A stretch of 61,342 bases of DNA, the filler included, from Catajapyx aquilonaris (Eukaryota): assembly GCA_000934665.2 (NCBI GenBank). It is 3 parts of 3 records of this genome, joined end to end, with 100 filler letters (N's around TTAATTAATTAA, not from the genome) between each part and the next. Parts side by side here need not be neighbours in the genome. Positions count along the whole stretch, not along the records: positions 20,458 to 40,884 come from JYFJ02006281.1; 2 more parts are not named here. One strand, written 5' to 3'. Each line of letters starts with the position of its first letter. Position 1 is the first letter of the stretch. A program made the translations under genes and the position numbers. Below the pieces are notes generated by a model. It was not told the DNA's origin, did not search any database, and saw nothing but the letters and a program-made list of their open reading frames with translations. Shown one piece after another: positions 23,780 to 36,900 of this stretch.

Positions 23780-24365
23780 CAGGGTCGTCGGTAAATGGCG
23801 CACATGCTTCATGTAGCGAGATTCCTTGTGAAAAACCAGTATATGGACGTGAAGGTCATATTGCTCTAGGAGGCCTAGTTAGGGCTCACGAGGCCTCCAA
23901 AGTTTGGGCCAAATCATGACGTCACATCCGCCCGCGAAATTCAAACACTGCCGTATCGCTACCGATACTGTGTGTTGCCATGTTGACATCCCCCACATGT
24001 TCACGAAACAATGGAACCGTATAAACTTAAGAGGACGTTGCCAGGCGCTGCCATACCATCGTCCCCGCAAGTAGGCTATATACGACGGTATGGCAACGTC
24101 CCTGCGAGTTTATACGGTTCCATTGTTTCGTGAACATGTGGGGGATGTCAACATGGCAACGCCTAGCAACACACCGCGTATGGTAGCGATACAGTAGTGT
24201 TTGAATTTCGCTGGCGGATGTGACGTCATGATTTGGCCCAAACTTAGGAGGCCTCGTGAGCCCTAACCAGGCCTCGTAGAGCAATTTGACCTTCACTTCC
24301 ATACACTGGTTTTTCACAAGGAATCTCGCTACCTGAAGCTTGTGCGCCATTTGCCGACCACCCTG
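23780..24365. mobile_element. Palindromic TA-target MITE
   Basis: TA|CAGGGTCGTCGGTAAATGGCGCAC ... GTGCGCCATTTGCCGACCACCCTG|TA; arms pair over roughly 280 bp. Confidence 0.85.
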
Positions 24366-24555
24366 TACAGCAACTACTACTACAAGCTACAAAAAAATAA
24401 CAGCTTCAGGTGATATTAACTAAAAATGACCCTGACACTTGGAACACCATGTATTTGAAATTTTGATCTAAAAATAGGCTCTCCTTGATAGGTTGTACTG
24501 GCCATGTCATTTCAAATCCCAGTGACGGTGATGACTGACTACATTTTTCTCGTAG

Positions 24556-27500
24556 ATCTGGAAAGATTGGGTAGAGGAAAAGGAAGAGAAGCCTGAAGAA
24601 GACAAGATTTTGGAGAGGAAAGAGGACTACAAAACTGTGATAATCACAGATGTGACTCCAGCCATGCATTTCTCAGCTCAGCTAGTAGACCAAGGCCCAA
24701 AATTGGAGCAGCTTATGGAGCAGATCAGGCAGGAGTTTACTGCCAACCCTCCCCTTTCAGGTTCATTCACCCCCAAGCGAGGTCAGTTCTTTTGAAGTAC
24801 ACCTAAAAATCTTGAGGCTATAATATGGTTGAATTATTGCATTGCCTTGTGTTCCCATTGGTCCATAATGTTTGCACATTAATAGCAGGTAAAGAATGAT
24901 TAATTAAGATGTTTGCTTTTTTCCGCACTTTTCCCGGAGAGGGAGAGCTGTGAAGGGCTTCGAAATGGGTAGAGCTCTGGTAATGACACAAAACTGGGTC
25001 CAAGCAGATGACCCAGGAAGGAAAGGTTGCATTCTGCTATTGCTTGTCCTTGCCTTGCTTTGGGCATTGCAGAGGCCCAAGGCACATCCAGTTCTGGGGC
25101 TGACACTTAAAGGGACACTCCACTCAAAATACAAGTTGGGCTCTACAAATCAGGCAAAAAATCCTGATTCCGAGGGTATAATCAGTTTTCCGAGAGACGA
25201 ACGGTAAGGCCAGGGTGAAAGCTGGAAGTGTGTCGTCCGAAAACCGCGCACGGCGCAGGTGGTGACGCCACAGAGGATGGCGGAACTAGATACTTGGATG
25301 GCACGAATGAAAGGTGCTTAATGTGCTTTCCCTTCGTCCGAGCTAAGTGATGCCTTTTCCGCACCGTTGGGGCTTCTGACTGCCTCGTTAGCCTCCATAT
25401 CAGGTTGCGCACTCTCTTTCTCCATGATATTCGGTCCCGGAACAGATTCACTGGACTGCATTGTCATGGAATAACCGCGACGCGTTTGAGAATAGCAGCT
25501 AATATGTGTTAGGGCCCAGAAGATTGCTAATGGCTCTGTTTCAATGACTAATTCCAATTTGAAGCACTATTGGTGTATGCCAGGCTACAGCATTAGTCAT
25601 TTTGTTGTTAAACAATTACGTGTAGCACGCACTGGCCTAGGCGAGGGACGTGTCATTAGCAGTTACTTGTAGCTGCTAGAAAATAGCGTTACGCCCCATC
25701 CTGGCATGTGGTTTGCCGTCTGGCAGCCAGAAGGGGTTTTGTTGCCACCAGGCATCACCACTCGCTGAGTGGGAGACTATTATTTTACGAATCTGACCTC
25801 TCGTCCTGGCCTTACCGTTTGTCTCTCAGATAAACTTATTATACCCTCGGAATCAGGATTTTTTGCCCGATTTTTAGAGCCCAACTTGTATTTTGATTGG
25901 AGTGCCCCTTGAACACAGCAGTAAACAAATTATGGCAAACATTATGACTGGTGCTACTTAGCAGTGGTGCCCAGAACAACTGGTGCCATGCTTGTTGATG
26001 TGACACCAGAACTCTGTTCAAGCTCACCTACTTTTTGAGCTTGGAGCTAGGAGGTAGAAGTAAAATAACATATATCACCAATCCTCAGCTCTCCCTCTTG
26101 CAACTTTAAGGCCCAGTTCACACGTGGTGACTTTTAGTCCCAGAAACTGGCGAACTTTGGAAATACATAGGATTGAATGAGAGTGGCGACTCGCAACTGC
26201 AGGCACCATATGTGAATGCTCTCATTCAATCCTATGTATTTCCAAAGGTCGCCAGTTGCTGCGACTAGAAGTTGCCACGTGTGTACCGGGCCTTAGAGAG
26301 CTCTGGTCTGTTTCTCCTCAGTAAATTTGAGAGCAAAGAAAATCCCACCATTGTGAGCATTTCAATGTTGCGATGCAGTTGTCTGGGAAAACAAGAGTGC
26401 AATTTCCTAATGTTTTAGTATGGGTTACATTCCATGTCAGTTATGAATACATGATGACATGCGATAATGAATTATGTTTATATTGTTACACCCAGGTGAC
26501 ACGTGTGCTGCCAAGTTTGTGGATGGTGAATGGTACCGTGCACGTGTAGAGAAGGTGTCTGGTGGGGAGGCACATGTGTTCTATATTGATTATGGAAACC
26601 GGGAGCAGGTGCCCACGAGCAAGTGTGCATCACTTCCTGCCTCATTCCAAAGTGCTCCAGGATTTGCACATGAATATGCCCTTGCATGTGTGCAACCACC
26701 CAAGGATGTGAGTGTGTAAAGTTTTTGGATATTCTTGCAGTAGAGTGATGATGAGAATATTATTTGACAGGGTGGCTAATCTTTCCGCATTTAAATTCCC
26801 CTGGGTTTCTAAGACATTTTCACTTAGGCAAATGTACGTGACAGTGTCCATCAGATTGAGTTAATCAGCATTCTAAACTAGTTTTCACAGATGAAGAAGC
26901 TGCATATGTTAAATTTTCAGTGGGTGTTTAGTTACATTCCACACCCTTGTATACGAGTATACATTGCTTCATTGTCAAAACCTATTTACAGACACATTCC
27001 ATTCATTAATACAGTCCAATCCCTCTATAACGAATCCGGATATAACGAAAATGTGCTTATAACAAAAGAAAATTTGTGACCATCAGAGGCCCCATATAAA
27101 CCCATGTTAAAAATATCCGCTTTTAACGAAAGGATTTTCAGTTCGCATATAGCGGAAAAATTTCGCTCCGCCAGTCACACCTCTCGGCCGAAAAAGGGCG
27201 GAAGTTGGCAAATTGGGCCATAAATCACCAGCTGTGTGTTAGGGATTCAACCTTTTTTCACACATTCCCTCCAAAAGTTGATAATTTGGGGTCCTAACGA
27301 AAGGGAAAGGATTCTCTGGGAGGGGTAGTGACTCAGAGCTGCCCACTGGATTTATTGCTAGCACGTGGCCCCCCACTGGGAATATTCACAGGAGATAAGA
27401 GCCTGACCTTTCCTTGTGTTCTTTCCCCACCATTTCCCCTTTCCCCCCTTGGGTCTACTACTTGCCGGAGATTATGGCAGGCATATATGATGGGTTAGCT

Positions 27501-30500
27501 GATACACCGAATTGCTGTAGCTTATTGTTGTCGGCTTTGCGCCATGCTTTGTGAGGTAATATAATTTAGCGCGGAAGAATTTTTTAACTTTTTCTCGCTA
27601 CCAGGGCTTAATATAACGCCTAAATATCGAAAAAAGTGATGTTTAAGCGCGTTTTTTTATACAGGGTGTTTACGACCTAACTTTACAAACTTCTAGGGGT
27701 AATAGAGGAGACCAAGACAAACATATTTCACATAGGAACCCGTGTCCGGAAACGCCATCTAGAGGGGGTTCATAGACAAGGAATGGGTGAGCTCAGACGA
27801 GTCAGGCGGGCGGCATTAGTGAGCGGACCGTTTTGTTGCTAGGTGGCGCGCGGATTGTACACAACTCAGCAATTCGCCATAACCTGGCAACAACAGAGTT
27901 GCTGTTTATTATCTGCGCACTACCTGGCATGCTGACTTTAGTTGTTAGGTGGTTCTGTTGTTGCCAGGTTATTACGAATTGCGAAGTTGTGTACAATCCG
28001 CGCGCCACCTAGCAACTAAACGCTCCGACCGCTATTGCCCCCTGCCTGACGTGTCTGAGCGCACCCGTTCCTCGTCTATTAACTCCCTCTTGATGGCGTT
28101 TCTGGACACGGGTTCCTATGTGAAATATGTTTGTCTTGGTCCCCTCTATTACCCCTAGAAGTTTGTAAAGTTAGGTCGTAAACACCCTGTATAACGAATT
28201 TCGCGTATAACGAAAGAAAATTTGGTTCCCTTCAATTCGACTGTATCTTAACCATAACATTAGCTCTGATGTTATCCTCCTGAGACCTGGTGTTAACATA
28301 TGTAGACATCGGCAAATGAATTTTTTGGCGCCAACTAGTGATGCCAACAGACCCACACAGAGCTCGGTTCGGAGGGTGGGCAGGTCGCCCTGGGGTGAAC
28401 CCACCTGGCTGTGTGCCAGAGGGAGTGAGAAGCGTGAGCAAGATAGCGGCCGAGGTGCTTTTTTTCTCTAATTCACTGGGACCGCTTCGGGACCAGCAGT
28501 GATGCCAGCAGCTGGGAATTAATCTGTCTCCCTAATTCGGCACATAAAGGCCCCCTTTCTCCACCTCGATGGCCTACAGCCGCCTTGCGAATGTTGTCCG
28601 TCGTGTCCGCAGTAAATTCAAAATCAAATTCCTCATGTCTTGCAGTCAACCAGGCATTTTAGTGTACCCTTCGATTGGCACCACTTGTATGCCCTGTTTT
28701 TCCATCCAATTTTGAAGGCACTTTTAAATATGCCGTAATTTATCCAGTAATGTTATTTGAGGCAACTAAGTGATGGAATGTGTGTTTACAGGTTATCGGC
28801 TAGCTATTTATGAACAAAAATCCCAAATCCCAGACCAAGGCTAGGACCCGATTAGTTCAGGCAGCTAAAAGAACAAGTGCAATGTAAGCAGTTAACTTTG
28901 ACCACCTGACCCTGACCTTTGATAAAAAACTGATTTGCACTCATGCATTCAGTAATTTTTTATGGCTCTTGGGGAAAAGGTGACCTTCATCCAGTGGTTT
29001 CCTTGAATTTGTCACCCAATATCACCCAAACTGGCAGCATTGATAAAATGGCAGCGACCTTTGGTATGTGGCCTCTGGCCTCACATCCAGGTTGCTATCT
29101 GCATGTATGAGGGATGATTCATAAGTCATGGTGCAAGTATCTTTTTATTCAAAAACTGTAACATATTCAGATATGAGCTTTGCTGAGTTTTGAAGATCCT
29201 GCGATTACAATTTTATGTGGCATATAGATGGCGCCCATTTCCCGTGCGGGGGGGGACAAAGGCGGAATATGACACCCCACCCACCGCACCATCGCCCTAA
29301 GACGGCCCGAGCCTGACGCGCTTGGAGCTGTTGGACGTTGCATGCTGGACACTCGGCGATGGACAACACGGGAGCTTGATTTCGAGTGTGGGACAAGTCA
29401 GAGCACTATGCTTAGGTCTCTGAAAGACTGAAAAGTCTCAGGAAGTTGGCATCCTCACTGGTTCCTCGCCATCTCTTTGAGGTGCAAAAGTACCGCCATT
29501 TTGCCTTCGCTTAGAACTCGATCGCATTGAGGGCGATGGTTTTTAAAAAACTGTTTGTGGTGATGGATGACACATGGCTCAGGTCATAGTGCTCTGACTT
29601 GTCCCACACTCTTGAGCAAGCTCCTGTGTTGTCCATCTCCAAGTGTCCCGCATGCAGCGTCCAACAGCTCCAAGCGCGTCCGGCTCTGGCCGTCTTAGGG
29701 CGATGGTGCAGTGAGGGGGTCACAATCCCCTTTTGTTTTCCGGCCACCTTGCGATTTGCGCCGAATCTGTATGCCAGATCAAATTGTAATCGCCGGATCT
29801 TTAAAACGCAGCAACGGTCATCTCTGTGTGTGTGTTACCGTTTTTTAATTAAAAAATACGCGCCATGACTTATGAATCAACCGTCGTAATAACTTAAAGC
29901 AAGAGTGAATCAATGCCCAAGATGTGCGCCCTCATGCAAGATACTTAAATGTGAGAGGAAGCATGTCCGTTTTGCAACACCTTGCAGAGAGCTAGTGTCA
30001 TAAGCATTTATAGAAGCCATCAGCAAGGCCCCTGGGCATGAAGGCAATAAATAAGGCATAATGGTAATATTCTTCATCATAACGTTTGGATAAACATAAA
30101 ATGAGCTTTTATTACGCCAGCAGAATGTTTTAAAACCAGAGTATCAGCATATGATACGCCCGTCTAATTAGGGTTTAAAACATTGTATCATATTTGAGAC
30201 ATTACATAGCCCATGATTTGTGATCGTTGATTATTTTACTGTAGTTGGAAGATCTCCAAGAAGCATACACCGCTTTTGTTCAGGAAACCGCTGACCAAAA
30301 GCTTTTCATGAACTCCGAGTACAGGAATGCTGGAGTGGAATATGTGACGCTTCTGGATTCCAGCAAAGAAGATATTGTTAAACGACTGATTGAGGAGGGC
30401 CTCCTCATGGTGGAAAAGAGGAGGGAGAAGAGGCTTCTAAAACTGGTCAGTTAATCATCCTGGACTTTTTTGTTTTTTGCTCATTTCTCATTCTAGCTGT

Positions 30501-31358
30501 TTTATCACGAGTTCAAAGGTTACAACAGATTTTTCATGTGTTACCAAGTTGACACATTTCAGTTTGCAGTTTCTTTCCATTTATCAGAGAATGTGCACAA
30601 GAAAACTGGAAAGTATCAGTAGACCCCTCTATTCCTCACTTATAGCAGAACTGTTACTGCAGAAATCAATGACATTAGGAAACAGGGCTGAGAAGTTTTT
30701 AATGTTGATACCTGCTCCAGAGAATGTTCGACTCCTCTACAGGGTTCAGAAATTAAACCTACCATCGCTTTGGGAATTGGTAGATGGGTACTAGGCAATC
30801 ACTTTGAGTATATGGAACATGGTTCTTTGATGCATAGTTACCGAGATACAGTCAAACTTCTATAAGTCGAAGAAAATGACGAGCTTGGTTGGTCACAATG
30901 TAAAATAATAGGAAATAAACTTCCCTAACTCGAATATCATTTACTCAACATCATTGGAAGTACGTGTCATGAAGATTTCATAGATTTTTGTCCATAATGT
31001 TACGATATAACAATTTTAAGGTTCAGTTCTATAATAATCACCCTGTACAAGGCATTGTTTTTTCTAGTAGTGCCATCCTCAGTTGGTTGCACTGGATGTT
31101 GTATGTGACTGACTGAACTAGCAATTGCATGTTTATTTTGAGTAGCAGGTTTTCTTGGACACTCAGTTGATTTCATTATTTCTGACATTGACCAATCATT
31201 GCTGAGTTTTATTTTTAATGTGATCCTTGTCCTTCTCTCAATAGATCGGTGAATACAAAGATTCTGAGGATAAGGCTAAGAAGCAACATCGGAACATATG
31301 GAAGTACGGTGACATCACAGAAGATGATGCCAAGGAGTTTGGCCTGGGTCGCCGCTAA
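24556..31358 (+). CDS. SND1: Staphylococcal nuclease domain-containing protein 1 (Tudor-SN), 3' part only; exons 24556-24781, 26496-26707, 30245-30445, 31245-31358
   Basis: In-frame GT-AG spliced translation IWKDWVEE...[50 protein letters not shown]...[10 protein letters not shown] (Tudor aromatic cage)...[13 protein letters not shown]...[21 protein letters not shown]. No upstream SN-domain exons were recognised on this scaffold. Confidence 0.95.
25111..25909. mobile_element. Non-autonomous Kolobok-like element
   Basis: TTAA|AGGGACACTCCA...TGGAGTGCCCCT|TGAA (TTAA-like target, AG...CT ends); ~100-bp TIRs. Confidence 0.65.
26110..26292. mobile_element. PIF/Harbinger (Tourist-like) palindromic MITE
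   Basis: TAA|GGCCCAGTTCACACGTGG...CCACGTGTGTACCGGGCC|TTA; fully fold-back. Confidence 0.75.
27012..28243. mobile_element. Tigger/pogo-type element hosting a nested MITE
   Basis: TA|CAGTCCAAT...ATTCGACTG|TA with repeated TATAACGAA motifs at both ends. Confidence 0.65.
27662..28189. mobile_element. Palindromic TA-target MITE nested in the Tigger-like element
   Basis: TA|CAGGGTGTTTACGACCTAACTTTACAAACTTCTAGGGGTAATAGAGG ... CCTCTATTACCCCTAGAAGTTTGTAAAGTTAGGTCGTAAACACCCTG|TA. Confidence 0.88.
29108..29886. mobile_element. mariner-like fold-back MITE
   Basis: TA|TGAGGGATGATTCATAAGTCATGG ... CCATGACTTATGAATCAACCGTCG|TA; arms pair to about 29415 and 29580. Confidence 0.75.
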
Positions 31359-33352
31359 GTGAAGAAAAAAATGGTGCAGGTGGATTGGAAGGGGGCTGGG
31401 GGAAAAAATTAAGAAAACGTAAAACCACAAGGATATGGGAAGGGTAGTTGTATGCATGATATTCTTGAAACCCTTTGTGAGTGGGCCATATTTTTTGTCA
31501 CTGATCATGAACAAAAATAATGTGAACTAGTGAGAATTTTAAAGTTTGCTTAGAATTTAGAATCATGTCCACAAAGCAATGTGTAAGGGGTTTTTCGTCT
31601 TCATTCATGGGATGGTTACAATGTTGAACTATGTTCATTGACTTTTGTTGCTAGCATTCGATTTTGTGACATGGGAAAGAAGGAGTGGTTTGGAAATTTA
31701 CTTCCAATCATGTATAACATAATGATGGAGATTGAGTTGGGCAAGAGCTCAAAGTTAAGTGTAAAACTGGTACTTTCTCTCCCCCAACACGAAAACAAGT
31801 TATTGAATGATAGTGTGTATCAGGATCAAGATGTTAGATACTCTATTTCCACGGTGGAGCGGAGGCATCACTGATTTTACATGTATCTAGTTGGGAGCTC
31901 CTGCCCAAGTCTCCGTCATTAAGCTTGTAAGTGTACATCGCATTGATTAAGCAAGTGGATATGATTTTATTATCCATGATGATGTAATTGATTGATGTTG
32001 ATCGATTTATTTCCCAGTGTCCTGTAAATGCCAAATTTACTTGTGCAGCCAAATTTTCAATACCAGGTTTCAGCCAAAAGGTTGCCAGTGATTAATACTT
32101 GGAAGAAAATGATCATGCCAAAAACATTATCTTGTCCATTCCTCTCTCACGGCATCAGTCATTATGGTTACAATATTGCTTCCACGTGTCACACCCACAA
32201 TATTACTTTTTCTTACCACTTTTAAATCTCCCTGAAATTTATTTTATAATATGGAGTATGCAATCTTACCAGTACAGTACCTGGCAAAAGGAGGTCAAAT
32301 GAATGAGGGAGAATTAGTGCACAGTGACCTGCATGATTGCTAATGTAGGATCATGTATCGGGAGTCATTAGGGGAGGTGTGGCAGCATGCTATTCTTTTC
32401 TTGTGGGTGACTTTTTGGAATGCTTCCACTGGAATGGTGAACATTGTGGTGTGAGATGGGTCTTCTTTGATGCTGGAGACACCTTATTTACATGATATTC
32501 TGGCAAAATCTGGTGTGGCACATACACAAGTAAATGTGGTGATGATTTTTGATTGGTCTTCCGATTCTATGTTTGCTGTTCGTCCCACTTCAGAGGGTAA
32601 TAATTGTAATTGTATCGATTGTCAAATGGAAAATGCCGATGTCCAGCCCTTACAGTTGGAAATTGGCCTTTATCATTCATGACAGCGGATATTATGTCTT
32701 GAAATTGTTTGCAGTGATTTTAAATGTTGCAATAATCATTTCTTTCAATATTTTTCTTACAATTTTCTTTATTTTGGAGATGGTTCAAGGAATAGGTTTT
32801 TGTGTTGGTTGATTGGAGAGAGTATATTGTTGCAGGGGAAAACTTTAAAAAAATCATGGCAAGTAAATAGTATGGTGTGGTTTAATTGCGTTTTTATTAC
32901 TGGATTTTTTCTGCAACAACTTCCTTATGCCCCTTTCAATTCCTCCAAAGGAGATCACCTCTGACGGCCCAAGTTAAAACCACGTATTTTCGAAACTCAC
33001 AAATGGAGATAAATGCACCGTTGCACTCCTCTTTGCCAGCCACATCTTTGGTACGAAGCTCATATCTGTAGGAGCAACTCTTGCAAAGTTTTGGCCAATT
33101 GAAATCATGCACTTCCATCTATGCCAACAGAAACAAAAAACTTAAAACACGAATAACTCAAAATGATAAAAAGCCTAGATTCAGGGTTTTGACTTGGGCC
33201 GTCAGACATGCAGCTTGTAAGTTCATAGCTACATTTTTACGAATGAATAATGTGACACACTACTAATGGGAGGGTAAGTCATTGGAGGATGGGATTTTCT
33301 CTGCCTTATTCTAGCTGACGATCACAGTTCTAGGGATAGGGGACTCTTTCTT

Positions 33353-33684
33353 CCTTTTTTTAGTTGTACCCTGTTATCTGGCCGATAGGCCATTTCTAGA
33401 GGGGTGGATTACCACCATTTGGGGTTTGGAGCGATATACATATATGTATTTAATTGCTCCAAGGGTAATTAGAAGGGGATGTGCAAAGTGCAAGTGCATT
33501 GTCGTTGCTTGGCCATTTTGTGAACTCTCCCGGGTGGGTTAGTCTAGCGGAAATTCCCACCCGAAACAAAGCCAGAGATGGCCCAACTCTGCACGAAAGA
33601 AGGTGGGAACCGCGGGCGGGGATTGAACCCGGGACCTTACCTTTCGTGAGCGCGCGCGTTACCGCAACGCCACTCTGTCTCCCC
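33353..33684 (-). mobile_element. Full-length tRNA-derived SINE (family A) downstream of the SND1 stop codon
   Basis: Head nearly identical to 5016-5364; 20-bp TSD GGGATAGGGGACTCTTTCTT at 33333-33352 and 33685-33704. Confidence 0.88.
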
Positions 33685-35299
33685 GGGATAGGGGACTCTT
33701 TCTTATGTGAATGCATTGTGAGAATGCTGCACATAGCACAGGGTAGCCTTCAATAAAAGGGGTGGTGTATGTTAGGCCCAGTTTGGTTGGATACTCCTGC
33801 AAGATGCAAATGGAGCAAAAAGTGATGCTGCATTTTATATTGATAATTGATCATTATCATAATGCGGGTATCCCAACTGTCCAATCATGACGCATCTTGC
33901 ACACTCAGACCAAAGGTTATGGCTTATGGGTAGGTGAAAATGCATAAATGCGATCCCCGCAGGCATATATTCCGCTTGAAGAAGGCGTTGCATCCTGATT
34001 GCCTAGCCCTGGCCGGTATGACATCTCGGTACAAGCCGAATGGTGTGGGGTTGCATGGGTGGAACTGTGTTGGTTTGTTGTACTGTACGTGATATAAGGC
34101 ACAGTCGATACGGGTAAATGCAGAGAAATATCAGGGCATTCTGCGAGACAGCTCAGTAATGTGCTATTGAAATAATGATTAGTTTTGTGGAACTTATCCT
34201 GCCCCCTAGTAATGAAACTGAATAGAAGCAATATCAAAACTTAATTTGTCAGTGGAAAGGTTGCAGTAAGATGAAACCTATGAACCGGAATGGCCCTGTG
34301 GGGGAGGTTGGAGGTAGGAGGGAGGAGTACAAGTCACCATATGTGCCAGCCTTCACCTTTGATAAGAGTAGTGAAGGCAGCCTTGTTCCTCTCCAGTGGG
34401 GTTTCCTTCCCTAATTACTGCCAGGCACCTCATTGCCAAATGGAAATGTCCTGAATTTCTTCACCATATTGAATATTATTCATTTTGCCATTTTTTACTG
34501 CTATTTTGAATTAAGCTATGTCGATTTAATATACCGTATGCATTTGTAATAAATATATTTACACCATTTTCCTCATAAAATACTGTCAACAATCAGCTCT
34601 TGCAACAATTTATAGCCATTTTAAACGAGTACAGTACTAGCATTACGTGCGGAGAATTACAAATTACAAGAAAATATCAAGTGCCTGGAGCAAAACTACT
34701 GCTTTCAATTAGAGAAAACATTGCCAGGAGGGAAGACGGAAGTGTCCCGTTTCCAGCAGAACCCCGCCTGCCCTTTGATCCGTCCCCCGAGAAGGTACTA
34801 ATAAATCTCACGCCAGGCGACGACGCGACGTGGGCTGCAGGGAGGAATTGCCTTGCCCTTGAGACATACGGAATCATTTTTGAAACAAGCGATAACCCGT
34901 CGCTGAGGGTTCCTGTTCCTATTTCAGATTTTATAAGGATCAGGTGTACGTATGCTTGGGCGTATCGGGTGTATGCAGGCTGGAGAGTGACTCATGTGAC
35001 TTCAAGGCTGAGTGTGCACGAAAGATTGAACGAACGGTTATTCTGCTGCATATGTGTACTGCATGTCAAGAGCTATAATAACTGTTATTAGCTCTTGGTA
35101 CTGTATATAACTAAAAATTGCTAATAAATTCGAATTCGATTTGTGGTGAATGGTGATTTTTAAAAGCATTATTACCACGGTACTCATTCTTCTATCACAC
35201 TTATGCATTTCTAATGTTTATGCGCAGCGGAAGAATAGTAGCATAGGTATAGCCTCTTGGTATAGCCTTATGCGCTGTACTGTCCAACAGTACAATAAA

Positions 35300-36672
35300 T
35301 ATAAAAGCCTGCCTGTTCGTTGTTTTCGTACCCCTTCGTCCCCCCTTGTCAATCGTCACGTACGGCGGCCAGGTCTCAAACGTGGCCTCAAAGCAGATTC
35401 GGCAGAGTCTAGAGAAAAAAAAAGGGATTCCCCGATGACCGCATACCTTTACTCGGATTGGTCTTTCATATCACCGATATTACAGGCATGCAATAATCAT
35501 CATTAATAATAATGCGCATGTAGTAAGATGTACTCATGTGATTATAATTATGCACTGGACAGCTGCTGGGAAATATCCTGGAAATATAAATTCCACCGCA
35601 ATATTTCATTTATTTTACTTCACACACTGCTTCACATACGTCCACACATATGTTCATACAACATGAATGGCCCAAACATGGCGTCTTCAGAACAGATCAA
35701 GAATCAGCGACAGGAATGGTCCCGTGTAAAGAGGGCGCACTTGGCAGTAGCTCGGCGCGCGCGAGCACAACCACAAGCATTCACAGATTAGCAGACACAG
35801 AGCAGACAGGATGGTGGGACTCGCTTGGAGTTCCCATGTCGGTGAGTTTCTCAATAGGTCTATGACAAATCTCGACTAGTTGGCAGGCTTTTCGAAGTAA
35901 CGGGCGGATATTTCCCCCACCTTTTTAGTGTCATTGGGTGGAATTTTCGTCCCACTGCTAGTTACTGCAGCCGAACTTAGCAGTACCAGTGCATTGATAC
36001 TGCTAAGCAGTAACAGCAGTGCGACGAAAATTCCACCCATTGTGTACAGCAGAGAGGAATGGCTCGTCGCGAAGCCACCTTGTGACGCGGAAAGAAATGT
36101 GTATCGGAGTTAGGCGTGGCTGCCCAGCTTTGAAGTTGCCGTCTGTTCGTCTTTGGCATGTTGTGCTGTGCTCTTGCTCTGCAAACCATGCCTTGTTCTG
36201 GCCCTTCCCAGCAATTGAACCATGTCATCGGAAAACGGGTAATTATGTTACATCGAAATGACTTGGCACTTCTGAATTTGTTGTTCTGAGCTTCGTATTT
36301 GTACGTCAAACGGAGCATCGCAGGCGCACCAAACTCGGGTGGTAGCGAGGGTGGTAGGTGCACTTGGCGAATACATAATGCTACATGGTGTCACGAATCC
36401 AACTTAAGTGACGAGTAAAGAAAGGGGGTGGTGTCGGATGTCGTTGACCGTGACCCCTCTTCCTGTCGCCGCTCCGTTTTCCGATTATAATGCGAATTCG
36501 AGCCCAAACCCCAAAGATGACTCCTTTGAAGGTCACAGCGGTCACAGTGATTGTCGCACGTGGACAGAACTGCAATGATATTTTTCTTGAGGAGAATGCA
36601 AACCCATTTACCGGGTGTCACAAAAACGCGCAGTTATCCGAAATTTTGGGTGTCGGGTTTTTGACATTTGGG

Positions 36673-36703
<31 letters not shown>

Positions 36704-36900
36704 GGGAACANGGGAACAAACTAGTGGTAGGCTACTGGGGTTTCGAAAGACAGATGACCAGCCCGGGAGGGCTTAGTGTGCAGATGGCTGCAAAACGATA
36801 ACGTTGGTGGATCCGGAGAAGTGTACAGCTGTGTCACTGATGGAGGTGAGTCTGGGAGGGATTAGTCAGAGGGAGCAACAGGTTTGTTTGAAAACACAAA
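35300..36900 (+). promoter_or_regulatory. CpG-rich promoter-like region with candidate first exons of an unidentified gene
   Basis: High CpG density, YY1-like AACATGGCG near 35675, consensus donors GTGAGT at 35842 and 36846. Confidence 0.35.

Noticed and set aside
34600..35091. 163-aa ORF downstream of SND1
   Set aside because: Non-ATG start, no recognisable domain and no splice support.
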